A stretch of DNA of 63,744 nt, filler included, from Octopus bimaculoides (taxonomy: Eukaryota): NCBI RefSeq assembly GCF_001194135.2. It is 7 parts of 7 records of this genome, joined end to end, with 100 filler letters (N's around TTAATTAATTAA, not from the genome) between each part and the next. Parts side by side here need not be neighbours in the genome. Positions count along the whole stretch, not along the records: positions 22,099 to 39,060 come from NC_069008.1; positions 39,161 to 47,817 come from NC_068982.1; positions 47,918 to 54,067 come from NC_069005.1; 4 more parts are not named here. The stretch is one strand, 5' to 3'. Both the position numbers and the translations under genes were made by a program. How positions within the stretch are numbered: the first letter of the stretch is position 1; the number at the start of each line of letters is the position of its first letter. Shown here piece by piece: positions 38,537 to 49,476 of this stretch. The notes under the pieces were generated by a model. The model made no database searches. It saw only the letters and a list, made by a program, of their open reading frames with translations, and was not told the DNA's origin.

Positions 38537-38573
38537 TCTTTGACGTTTCGAGCTACGCTCTTCAACAGAAAGA
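38537..38573 (-). ncRNA. Minimal type I hammerhead-like motif with variant core (CUGUUGA)
   Basis: TCTTT-CTGTTGA-A-GAGC-GTA-GCTC-GAAACGTC-AAAGA. Stems I and II pair perfectly, with an ACGT palindrome and a GTC site. Confidence 0.6.
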
Positions 38574-38771
38574 ATACGGTGACAAGGAGAAAAACATATA
38601 TATATATATGGATATGCATATATATAACAAACACATACGTATACTTCCTCACACATACATACATACATCAATAAAAATCTTCTTCTGGGTTTAGTGCTTG
38701 TGGAGACTAATAAGGGCTAGGCTCAACTCAATGCCAGCCAAAGTTCCCAAGGAAAATGAACAGGAGACACT

Positions 38772-39060
38772 TTTACTCTTTTACTTGTTTCAGTCTTTTG
38801 ACTGTGGCCATGCTGGAGCACCGCCTTTAGTCGAGCAGATCGACCCCAGGACTTATTCTTTGGAAGCCTAGTACTTATCCTGTCGGTCTCTTTTGCCGAA
38901 CCGCTAAGTTACGGGGACATAAACACACCAGCATCGGTTGTCAAGCGATGTTGGGGGGACAAACACAGACATACAAACACATACACACATACATATATAT
39001 ATACATATATACGACAGGCTTCTTTCAGTTTCCGTCTACCAAATCCACTCACAAGGCTTT
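38772..39060 (-). mobile_element. SINE family A, well conserved, runs into a gap
   Basis: Close match to the other copies. Confidence 0.88.
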
Positions 39061-39310
39061 NNNNNNNNNNNNNNNNNNNNNNNNNNNNNNNNNNNNNNNN
39101 NNNNTTAATTAATTAANNNNNNNNNNNNNNNNNNNNNNNNNNNNNNNNNNNNNNNNNNNNTATATATATATATATATGTATATGTTTCTGTGTCTGAGTT
39201 TGTCCTCCCACCATCACTTGACAACTAATGTTTGTGTGTTTACATCCCTGTGACATAGCGGTCTGGCAAAAGTGACTGATAGAATCAGTACAAGGCTTAC
39301 AAAGAATAAG

Positions 39311-39595
39311 TCCTCCTACTTTTTTGAATTGCAAAGTCTTTGATCAGATCCTCAAAATTAATCTTAGGTAACACATCTGCATCTATTCTTAGTAGAGATA
39401 AAGGCATCCCGAATATTATTTAAGCACGTTTAAAGTGATTTCTTTTGTGCTGTAAACCATTTACCATTTCTGTGGTGCCCCCTCCTTCCCTTGATGTTCT
39501 AAGCATGTGCTTATCTTACTTAATGGTTAATCCAGTGCTGAGTACCAGGCTTTAAGAAATAAGCACTGGGGTTGATAAACTTGTCTAAAATTCTT
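39311..39595. repeat. Duplicate of 41470-41755 (right half of MITE plus SINE tail)
   Basis: Direct visual alignment over about 280 bp. Confidence 0.85.
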
Positions 39596-40009
39596 GTAAC
39601 TTAGTGGTTCGGCAAAAGAAACCAATAGAACTAGTACTAGGGTTACAAAGAATAAGTCCTCGGGTCGATTTGTTTGACTAAAGGTGGTGCTCCAGCATGG
39701 CTGCAGTCAAATGACTGAAACAAATGAAAGAATAAAAAAAAATAAGTGGTGCTTCTATAACAATAATGGTAATGTTGCTGAAGAATATGTTTGGTACTTA
39801 AGGAAATTAAAAAACGAAATAAAAGGAAAATAAAATAATTGTGAAAAATAAAATGAAATCTAAATTCATTTGAAAATTATGAAGAAAACTGTTCCAGCAG
39901 TAATTAAAGAAAATTAATGCCAACCTTACTCCCTTGAGTCTGAACTAGGGTTTTACTTTCACTGTTAAGTTAATAGCCTTTAGCAGCAGATTAATAATGA
40001 TATGGTTTT

Positions 40010-40500
40010 GAGGGGAGGAGGAGGGGGAGGAGGAGAGAGGGGAAGAAGAGGAACAGGGAAGAAAAGAGAGAGGGGAGGAAGGGGGAAGAGGGGAGAAGAA
40101 GAGAGAGGAGGAAAGAGATAGAGGGAAGAAGAAAGAGAGGGGGAAGAAGAGAGAGAGAGTGGAGGAAAGGGAGAGGAGGAAGAAGAGAGAGAGTGGAGGA
40201 AGGGGAGAGGAGTAAGAAGAGAGAGAGAAGAAGAGAGATAGAGGGGGAAGAGAGAGAGGGAGAAAGAGATAGAGGGGAAAAAAGAGGGGAGGAAGGGGAG
40301 AGGGTAAGAAGAGAGAGAGAGGAGGAGAAGAGAGAGAGAGAGAGGGGGAAGAGAAAGAGAGGGAAGAAGAGAGAGAAAGAGAGAGGGGAAGAAGAAGGAG
40401 AGAGGGAAGAAGAGAGAGAAAGCGAGAGAGAGGGGAAGAAGAAGAAGGAGAGGGGGAAGAGAGAGTGAGAGAGGAGGAGAAGAAGAAGAAGAAGAAGAGA
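40010..40500. repeat. Nearly pure purine (GA-rich) tract, about 490 bp
   Basis: Visible directly. Confidence 0.95.
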
Positions 40501-40880
40501 GATATATATATGCTGTCTGATGTTTAGTAGGTTTGAGCAGATTTATAGGGGATACGAATGGTGGGGGGATGAGGGAGTGACGAATGAGACTCTGCCATTT
40601 CTGCCCACCTTTCTCAAGGGCATTGGTGATATAAATGTGAAAATGAAGGAAAATGGAATGGCGACAATTGGGAATCAAAACGGTTTTGTTTATGATTTCT
40701 AAAACAAATTTTCATATTGGTGCAGGTGTAGCTGTGTGGTAAGAAGCTTGCCTCCCAACCACATGGTTCCTGGTTTCAGTCCCACTGTGCAGCACCTTGG
40801 ACAAGTGTCCTCTATTATAGCCTTTAGGCTGACCAAAGCCTTGTGAGTGGATTTGGTAGGCAGAAACTGAAAGAATCCTG

Positions 40881-41100
40881 GCAGAAATGTTAGCACACCG
40901 GGGGAAATGCTTAGCGGTATTTCGTCTGCCGTTACGTTCTGAGTTCAAATTCCGCCGAGGTTGACTTTGCCTTTCATCCTTTCGGGGTCGATAAATTCAG
41001 TACCAGTTACGCACTGGGGTCGATGTAATTGATTTAATCCATTCGTCAGTCCTTGTTTGTCCCCTCTATGTTTAGCCCCTTGTGGGCAATAAAGAATTAA
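40881..41100 (+). mobile_element. SINE family B with an 18-19-bp TSD
   Basis: GAAACTGAAAGAATCCTG at 40863-40880 is repeated at 41101-41118. Confidence 0.85.
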
Positions 41101-41266
41101 GAAACTGAAAGAATCCTGTTGAGTATATACATGCATATATATATCTGTGTGTGTCGAGGGGGGTGTCTCTGTTTATTCCCATCCACCATTTGACAACCAG
41201 TGTTGGTGTGTTTACATCCCTGTAACATAGTGGTTCAACAAAAGAGACTGATAGAATAAGTAGCAG

Positions 41267-41700
41267 CAGGGCCGGATTAAGACCCATCAAGGCCCTAAGC
41301 ACATAAAAAATTTTGTTGCCCCCCCCCCCCATAAAAGATTATGCAATTCAAAATATAAACAATAACAAACCATAAAATAAATCTTTATTTTTTAAAGCGA
41401 AACAAAAAGGGAAGAGGGAAAATAATGTTTATTTTTGTATACTTCCACTTTATTTAGATTTGAAAAGTTTCCTCCTACTTTTTTTGAATTGCAAAGTCTT
41501 TGATCAGATCCTCAAAATTAATCTTAAGTAACACATCTGCACCTATACTTAGTAGAGATAAAGGCATCCCGAATATTATTTTAGCAAGTTTAAAGTGATT
41601 TCTTTTGTGCTGTAAACCATTTACCATTTCTGTGGTCCCCCCTCCTCCCCTTGATACTCTAAGTACATGCTTAACTTGCTTAATGGTTAAGCCAGTGCTG
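41267..41700. mobile_element. hAT-type MITE
   Basis: Ends CAGGGCCGGATTAA and TTAAGCCAGTGCTG; 8-bp TSD AGTAGCAG/AGTATCAG (7/8 match). Confidence 0.7.
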
Positions 41701-42500
41701 AGTATCAGGCTTTAAGAAATAAGCACTGGGGTTGATACATTTAACTAAAATTTTTCAAGGCGGTGCCCCAGCATGGCCACAGTCTAATGATGGAAACAAG
41801 TAGAAGATAAAAGATTGTATTAGGTGAACAATTTTGTCATTGGTTATGCATTTTCTAACTGACCAATCACTGGCTCAGTACATTTACAATGATGTAAGTG
41901 ACAAGGGTAAGAAAAAAATAACACAAAGTACTTCTGTTTGAAAGCACCAATTGATGAGTTATTTTCATTGATGTTTACATCTTTCAAAAACATACATCAC
42001 TGAAAGGTATACATGTACTTGTATGAATATCCCAATTTGTTGGAAACTCATTATATCGTGTGTTGTCCCCTAAAGCAGCCAATCCCAACCTTTTTTGCAC
42101 CACCGACTAATTTCACACAATACAATTTTTCCATGAACCAGGGGATCATGTGTGTAACAAAAATGCATAAATATATAGTTCAGTTATAAGGCAGAGTTGA
42201 AAAATTCCTGTAACCAGGATGTTCAGTTGATCTGAAGAGCAAGCCTTTATACCTGCCTTGATTTCAGAATGTTTAATGCTACTATGCAATTTATAGCATG
42301 TATATTAGTGCAGGCATTTAAGATAATTTATTATACACTAAATAAAAATTATTATTACAGACGAAGGCCATGAAACAGCTGGTATCCTATGGATATCAAC
42401 TGGTGGAATAAATTACATTCATCTTTCATACCTCCTGACGTTTTATGATCTATGTACTCTTCATGAAATAATTTCATTAATTGGTTCTACTGGATTTCAG

Positions 42501-42628
42501 CTGCCTAGAATTCTACATTACACTCCTCTATATTGGATTACTATGTGATATGGTAGCCAAATCCACTAGAGAAGATTTTGTGATTACCAAAGGATTCTAT
42601 GAATCCATGTATTACACATTAAATGTAT
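42501..42628 (+). CDS. Candidate exon with a hydrophobic, signal-peptide-like N-terminus: CLEFYITLLYIGLLCDMVAKSTREDFVITKGFYESMYYTLN(V)
   Basis: TTTCAG acceptor, one open frame, donors GTATGT (after 42624, phase 0) or GTATGC (after 42628, phase 1). No homology recognised. Confidence 0.3.
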
Positions 42629-42645
42629 GTATGCATGTATGTATG

Positions 42646-42692
<47 letters not shown>

Positions 42693-43119
42693 GTATACAT
42701 ATATATATATATATAACACCTTACCTTTTCTCCTTTAATTTTGTCTATTATTTGTATTTTGTGTAAGTTTAATCTATTAATATAAATATCTATATATTTA
42801 AATAATAAGGGTAAAAAATTGATATTAATTTGATTAATATCATTTTAAACCAGTGGCTTAGCATATAGAAAACATCAGAAGATTCAGAAAAATTATATTA
42901 CATACATATAAGAGGGATGATCACTAGGTGGACATCCAATATGCTAAATGTAGACCCCATATGTGGGATCTACATTTAGCATATTGGACGTTCACCTGGT
43001 GGTCATCCCTCTTATGTATGTAATAATATCTATATATTTATACTTAAATATTCATTGTCTGAAAGTTTTCAGTCTTTGCTTTCTCTCGTTTGAATACATA
43101 CATACATACATACATACAT

Positions 43120-43268
43120 ACATCATCATCATCATCATCGTTTAACATCCGCTTTCCATGCTAGCATGGGTTGGACGATTTGACTGAGGACTGGTGAACC
43201 AGATGGCTGCACCAGGCTCAATCTAATCTGGCAGAATTTCTACAGCTGGATGCCCTTCCTAACACCAT
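43120..43268 (-). mobile_element. 3' end of an RTE-related SINE/LINE with (GAT)n tail
   Basis: (CAT)n followed by CGTTTAACATCCGCTTTCCATGCTAGCATGGGTTGGACG; a related opposite-strand sequence lies at about 58690-58790. Confidence 0.6.
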
Positions 43269-44249
43269 ATTGTATATCAAACCCAAGTTGTTATATTTAA
43301 TTTGTTTATCCACATAATTGCCACCATATCTGCTCACCAGGATTCCTCTTGTAGCCAGTCTTTACCCCACGGAATTGGTTCCTCGTAAAGACATCGGTAT
43401 CTAAGTTTGAATCTTTTGAGCGCTACCAAGTGTTTTCTATACTGAGAATCTCTGAATCTCACCTGTTGGTTATATATATACATCAACACATACATATGTT
43501 CATATATATGCATATAATCTGAATGTGGTCTGGCCCTTAGAGTATAGGCAGTTAAGAGCCGAAACACTTGCCTGAGGTAGTGGTGGTGGATTCTCTGAAA
43601 ACCTTCTGCTGTTCAGCACTCTTGAGAACTTCTTACCATTCAAAAAAGACAGATGAACAATAATAAACGCAAGGAATACCTTTATATGACAAACTGCATA
43701 TACAAATTACATGATCCAAATCAAGTCTTAACTTTACAGCTGTTTCAAATAATCGATGACTGGCTGCTATAACCATGTGGTGTAACAACTAGCACCGATT
43801 ACGATAAACCCATGCAGCAGGGTCTCATTATTCTCATCAAAAGGCATGGGTCTGTTTTGAGGCAGGTTGTTAGTCGTTTTAAGATTAAAGTACCCCTTTT
43901 AAAATCGTTTTAAGACAGAGATAGGGGCACACATAACTTATCGTAGCAAAAGAGTACATATGTATCACTCAGGTACAATAAAACATTTGTTTAAATTCAT
44001 GTTATTCTCTGAATCTTTTCAAAAACTTGTGACACAATAGTTAATGGTGATGTTTCATTTAAAATAATGGTGAAGCTGATATGCAAAATAGCCTGCTGTT
44101 TAATATTGTATTTCAAACTCAACTGATATTTGGACAAAAGAAAAGAGTGGGGGAGAAAGGAAATTTCATACTTGACATAAGAGAATTAGAAAAAAAAACA
44201 TTTACAAGGAAACATGATATTTTTTTATCCCCAAAAGCATTATTTGGTT

Positions 44250-44444
44250 CTGGCATGTATGTATGTGCATGTGTATGCATGTGTGTGTGTGTGTGCGTAC
44301 ATTCGTGTGTGTGTGTGTGTGAATCTATATCTATACATACATACATACATACACATATATAATAATGTATATATTTATATAAAATATGTATTATGCATGT
44401 ATATGTGAAATGTGTGCATATGGGTATATATATCTATATATGTG

Positions 44445-44477
<33 letters not shown>

Positions 44478-44613
44478 GCATGTATGCATATATAATATAT
44501 ATATTTATATATGAAATCATCATCAACATCATTATCATTATTAATATTATCATTATTAGTAGTATTCCGTACCCCACACCCATTTGTATATATATATGTA
44601 TATAATGTGCATG

Positions 44614-44653
<40 letters not shown>

Positions 44654-44763
44654 GATATACACATATGCATGCAGGCATATGCACACACATATACACGTAC
44701 GTATATGTAGAATATGTATAATAAATTTATATAAATGTATATATTTAAATACAAATCTACACA

Positions 44764-44796
<33 letters not shown>

Positions 44797-45319
44797 GCAG
44801 ACACACACATGCGCACATATACACACTCACACATTCCAATTTATCAGATTTTCTGTGGATAATCTAAATTCCTCATTGTGTATTTATTTTCTATTTAAAT
44901 TTCTGGCGTTCTAGGAAATTTGAAACTTGTTGTTTTATCAAAATCGTATTGTTATATTAACGTTTTTGTTTTCTTAAAATATCATTCGCTGATCATCTAC
45001 TTTCCGTGTTTATTGCTGTAGGTGTATTAATATGTATGGTATTCTGTGTGTATATTGTTTTTAGGGTGTGTGTATATAGTGTATGTGTGTGTGTCGCTCT
45101 AACATATATTGTTTGTTAGTGTGTGTGTGCGTGAATGTGTGTGTGTGTCAGTCTTTCTGTATGCAAATAAATTTGCTGCGATGTGTGTTGTGAGAGACAG
45201 GTGGCCTGTAGATCTCTATACAATTACTAATATGTTTGTTTTGTATTCAAGTATGTACATTGATACATCTGTCTGTCTGTTTATGTTTCACACACGTACA
45301 CATATGTACACATTCATAT

Positions 45320-45384
<65 letters not shown>

Positions 45385-45613
45385 NNNNNNNNNNNNNNNN
45401 NNNNNNNNNNNNNNNNNNNNNNNNNNNNNNNNNNNNNNNNNNNNNNNNNNNNNNNNNNNNNNNNNNNNNNNNNNNNNNNNNNNNNNNNNNNNNNNNNNNN
45501 NNNNNNNNNNNNNNNNNNNNNNNNNNNNNNNNNNNNNNNNNNNNNNNNNNNNNNNNNNNNNNNNNNNNNNNNNNNNNNNNNNNNNNNNNNNNNNNNNNNN
45601 NNNNNNNNNNNNG

Positions 45614-45672
<59 letters not shown>

Positions 45673-45727
45673 GTTTATATATACACACACACATGCATAT
45701 ATATGTGTGTGTGTGTGTGATCAATTA

Positions 45728-45809
<82 letters not shown>

Positions 45810-45830
45810 CCACTTACATATATATTTACA
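44250..45830. repeat. AT/AC/TG microsatellite field with a gap
   Basis: Visible directly. Confidence 0.9.
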
Positions 45831-46249
45831 TATGCACTTGTGCAAAATAAAGAGTAGATATGTTCATCCATTAGTATTAATGCTAAAACTTCAAATATTA
45901 TTTGACAACACAATCGTCTTACATAATAGTTTAGTTAGTGCAAACATTTATTGCAGTGTTCAATAGTAATAAATATCTCAAAATAATAATGTGATGAGAC
46001 AAATTATAGAGTATTAGTCAGTGACTAATATCTTTTGATTTTATCAGAAAGTATAGGAGATATCTATTGGATGACATGTTTCTGTATTATTTTGACCTCA
46101 TCAGCAAAGTAGAAGCTTCATCATACTTGCCAATGTAATGATACAGTACAAGCTTACATATATACACACACGTATCCTTTTATATGCACATGCACACATA
46201 CTCATACATAGAGACACATAAACTCATACATGCATACACATAAATATAT

Positions 46250-46620
46250 CTTTTACTTTTTACTTGTTTCTATCCTTAGAATGTGGTCATGCTGGGGCAC
46301 TGCCTTGATGAATTTAGTCATTCATTTTTTTAAAGCCTGGTACTTATTCTATTGGTGGCTTTTGCTGAACTGCTAAGTTATGGGGATGTAAGGGACAAGC
46401 ACAGACGCAAACACACACACACACACACACACACATACATAAATATTTTGGACACTAAACTCTGCTTGTGAAGACCTGTTAGGGCAAGTGAAATCGAAAT
46501 TGAACTGGTACCCATGACTGTGGAGCGCTAACAGCACCATCCAAGAGGGATCATTGCCAGAGCAGCTGTCTGGCTGCCGTGACGGTGGCATGTAAAAAAC
46601 ACCATTTGAGCGTGGCCCTA
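46250..46620 (-). mobile_element. SINE family A-related fragment(s)
   Basis: GTGGTCATGCTGGGGCACTGCC...GTACTTATTCTAT...GCTAAGTTATGGGGATGTAA blocks. Confidence 0.65.
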
Positions 46621-46659
46621 TAGATTTGTATCTATCTATCTATCTATCTATCTATCTAC

Positions 46660-46699
<40 letters not shown>

Positions 46700-46792
46700 A
46701 TATATGTATCTATATATAGGTGTTGTGAATCCAACCCACTAAGGGATAATATCTATCTAATATACTGCTGGAAGAATACCCAATTATTATTA

Positions 46793-46832
<40 letters not shown>

Positions 46833-47324
46833 ATCTGTCTATCTTTATATACATATATATTTGTATATATATATGTATATAATATTTACTATATTTGTCA
46901 TAGGTTTACCGGCACTTTTTTAGAGTAAAACTTCTAATTACACATATATTAATTAGTCTGTGCTTCCATTAATAAGTGTGCAGTTATCTATCTGTCTACC
47001 GGGGAGATTGGAGATTATTTATGAGCTTAAATCTTTGATCATATTTATTTACCATTTTCTATATCGCTGACAGTGAAAACCAAAAAAAAAAAAAAGAAAA
47101 ATGGAAATCATGGTATCTTTTCATGTGTTGTCATTCATTGTTTTGCATGTGCCATAACACACTATCCTTGTCAGGCATACGGCCAGTTTTATAATATAAT
47201 TCATCTGAATATCTTAATATGTATATATTTTTCTCTGGATGAAATGAAAAGCCAAACGGAATTTGATCTTTCAGCAATAAAGTGTCAAATGGATGCCATA
47301 AATCTTGCAGCCAATTCTTTTAGC

Positions 47325-47373
47325 ATTCATATCACCACCACCATCATCATCATCATTGTCATCATCATCATCG

Positions 47374-47417
<44 letters not shown>

Positions 47418-47700
47418 GTCAGCATCATCATCGTCGTCATCAGTATCATCGCGACTATTGCTGTATATGCAGTCTTCTTCCTTTTCCTCCTCTGCTTTTT
47501 CTTCCTCTGCCTTTCCCTCCTCATCATTCACATCACCAGCAGCATCATCATCAACATCAGCATCATTGTTATCGTCTTCACTGTTATCCTCCTTGTGCTC
47601 TTTCGGCTCAACACTGCCAATTATCATTGTCATTTTAGTCATCTTCATTCCCGTCACTCCTCCTCCTCCTCCTCCTCATCATCATCATCATGTTATCGAG
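47325..47700. repeat. (CAT)n/(CCT)n-rich low-complexity tract
   Basis: Visible directly. Confidence 0.85.
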
Positions 47701-47781
47701 TGAATAGCAAGCTTCAAATGAATAAATCAACTTTACCGTATAAATTAAGTATTCTTTCTTCTGTTTGTACATCCATATCTG

Positions 47782-47817
<36 letters not shown>

Positions 47818-48238
47818 NNNNNNNNNNNNNNNNNNNNNNNNNNNNNNNNNNNNNNNNNNNNTTAATTAATTAANNNNNNNNNNNNNNNNNNNNNNNNNNN
47901 NNNNNNNNNNNNNNNNNATATATATATATATGTTAATTCTCTAAATTAGGTATTAACAGTAACTGCACGATAAAGTGAAGTATATTGCCACAGACGTGTG
48001 TGTGCGTGTGTGTCTGTGTGTGTTTGTAAATATCTATTCATATATAGATACGTATATATAAAATATATATATATATACGTATACATGCATAGAAAAATGT
48101 ACATGTATATATTTAATGTTTATATATATGTACACTCACATATATATACATATATATATATATATATGTATATATGCATATATATAAATGTGCGTGTGTA
48201 TGCATGTATACATATATGCGTGTATATACATATGCATA

Positions 48239-48285
<47 letters not shown>

Positions 48286-48829
48286 NNNNNNNNNNNNNNN
48301 NNNNNNNNNNNNNNNNNNNNNNNNNNNNNNNNNNNNNNNNNNNNNNNNNNNNNNNNNNNNNNNNNNNNNNNNNNNNNNNNNNNNNNNNNNNNNNNNNNNN
48401 NNNNNNNNNNNGTGTGTGTGTGTGTGTGTGTGTGTGAATGTGCGCGCGCAGTGTGTTGAATCCAGAGTAAGAAACTCATTTAGAATTTTTAAATAAAATG
48501 TTATATGTTACTTTATTTTTTATTCACTTTTAATTTTTAATTTTATTCATTTTTAATGTTTTTATTTCTTATTTCCTTTATTCTTTATTCACTTTTTATT
48601 CTTATTTATTTTTTATTCATTTTTAATTTCTATATTTTATTCAATCTTATTTTTATTTTTTATTCATTTTTTATTTTTTATTTTATTGTTTACTTTTATT
48701 GTTTACTTTTATTTTTATTCACCTATTTTTATTTTTTATCTATTTTTTTTACTTTTTTATCTTTTTTAATTTTTTTGTCTATTTTTATTTCTATTTCTAT
48801 TTTTTACATTTTCTTTTTTTTTTTTGCAG

Positions 48830-48985
48830 TTGGATCCAGCACATATCTCTTCGTTGATAATCTTTTTGTCATTGATGGGTCTACAGGACGCAAGAAAAAG
48901 ACAAAAAGAGTATTTCCCGATGCCCCAAACTCTGTAGATGCAGCCGTATTCTCCCAAGATCTTCACAAAGCATTGCTATTCAAGA
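48830..48985 (+). CDS. Hemopexin-repeat exon A (156 nt, phase 1-1): GSSTYLFVDNLFVIDGSTGRKKKTKRVFPDAPNSVDAAVFSQDLHKALLFK
   Basis: Long T tract-GCAG acceptor and GTAAGG donor; FPDAPNSVDAAV...LLFK matches the hemopexin blade motif. Confidence 0.85.
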
Positions 48986-49476
48986 GTAAGGCAAAAAAGC
49001 AATAACTTAATTCATAAAATAATTATAACTCTTTCTTTATTGCCCACAAACGTCGCACACAAAACACAAGGATGACACAAAATAAAGGACAGTGGAGTCT
49101 ATATAAAATACTTGTAAACCATAAAAGCAATAACAACAATAAAATGACAACAGGGGGAGTACAAGCCAAGGGCGACTGAGGAACTTCAGTCGGGAACGAC
49201 AGATCCCGAGTTACCCTGCTCACCAGATGCACGATTGTAAGTGCTCCTCTCTCTTCAGTAAATTCCAGCCTACAGGTGCATGCTTAGAGTGGATCCACTA
49301 ACTCGAGTCACTCTCACTACTTTTAACAAATTTACTGGGCTATAGCACTTCTCTCTCCACCCTCACTTTGCTTTCCAACTGTTGATAAGGGCTTGGCCGA
49401 AGATAAAAGTGCCTGTCTTCAGCCCTTTCAATCACGTCCATCACACAACTTTTTTTGCCATAGCCATCAGAAAGAT

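Larger units (their letters stand above)
40728..41810 (+). mobile_element. SINE family A interrupted by two younger insertions
   Basis: Head at 40728; the body resumes at 41101 and again at 41701. Confidence 0.8.

Noticed and set aside
40728-40800. tRNA-like A/B-box sequences at the SINE heads
   Set aside because: They form no full cloverleaf and are always fused to the SINE body, so they are not called as tRNA genes.
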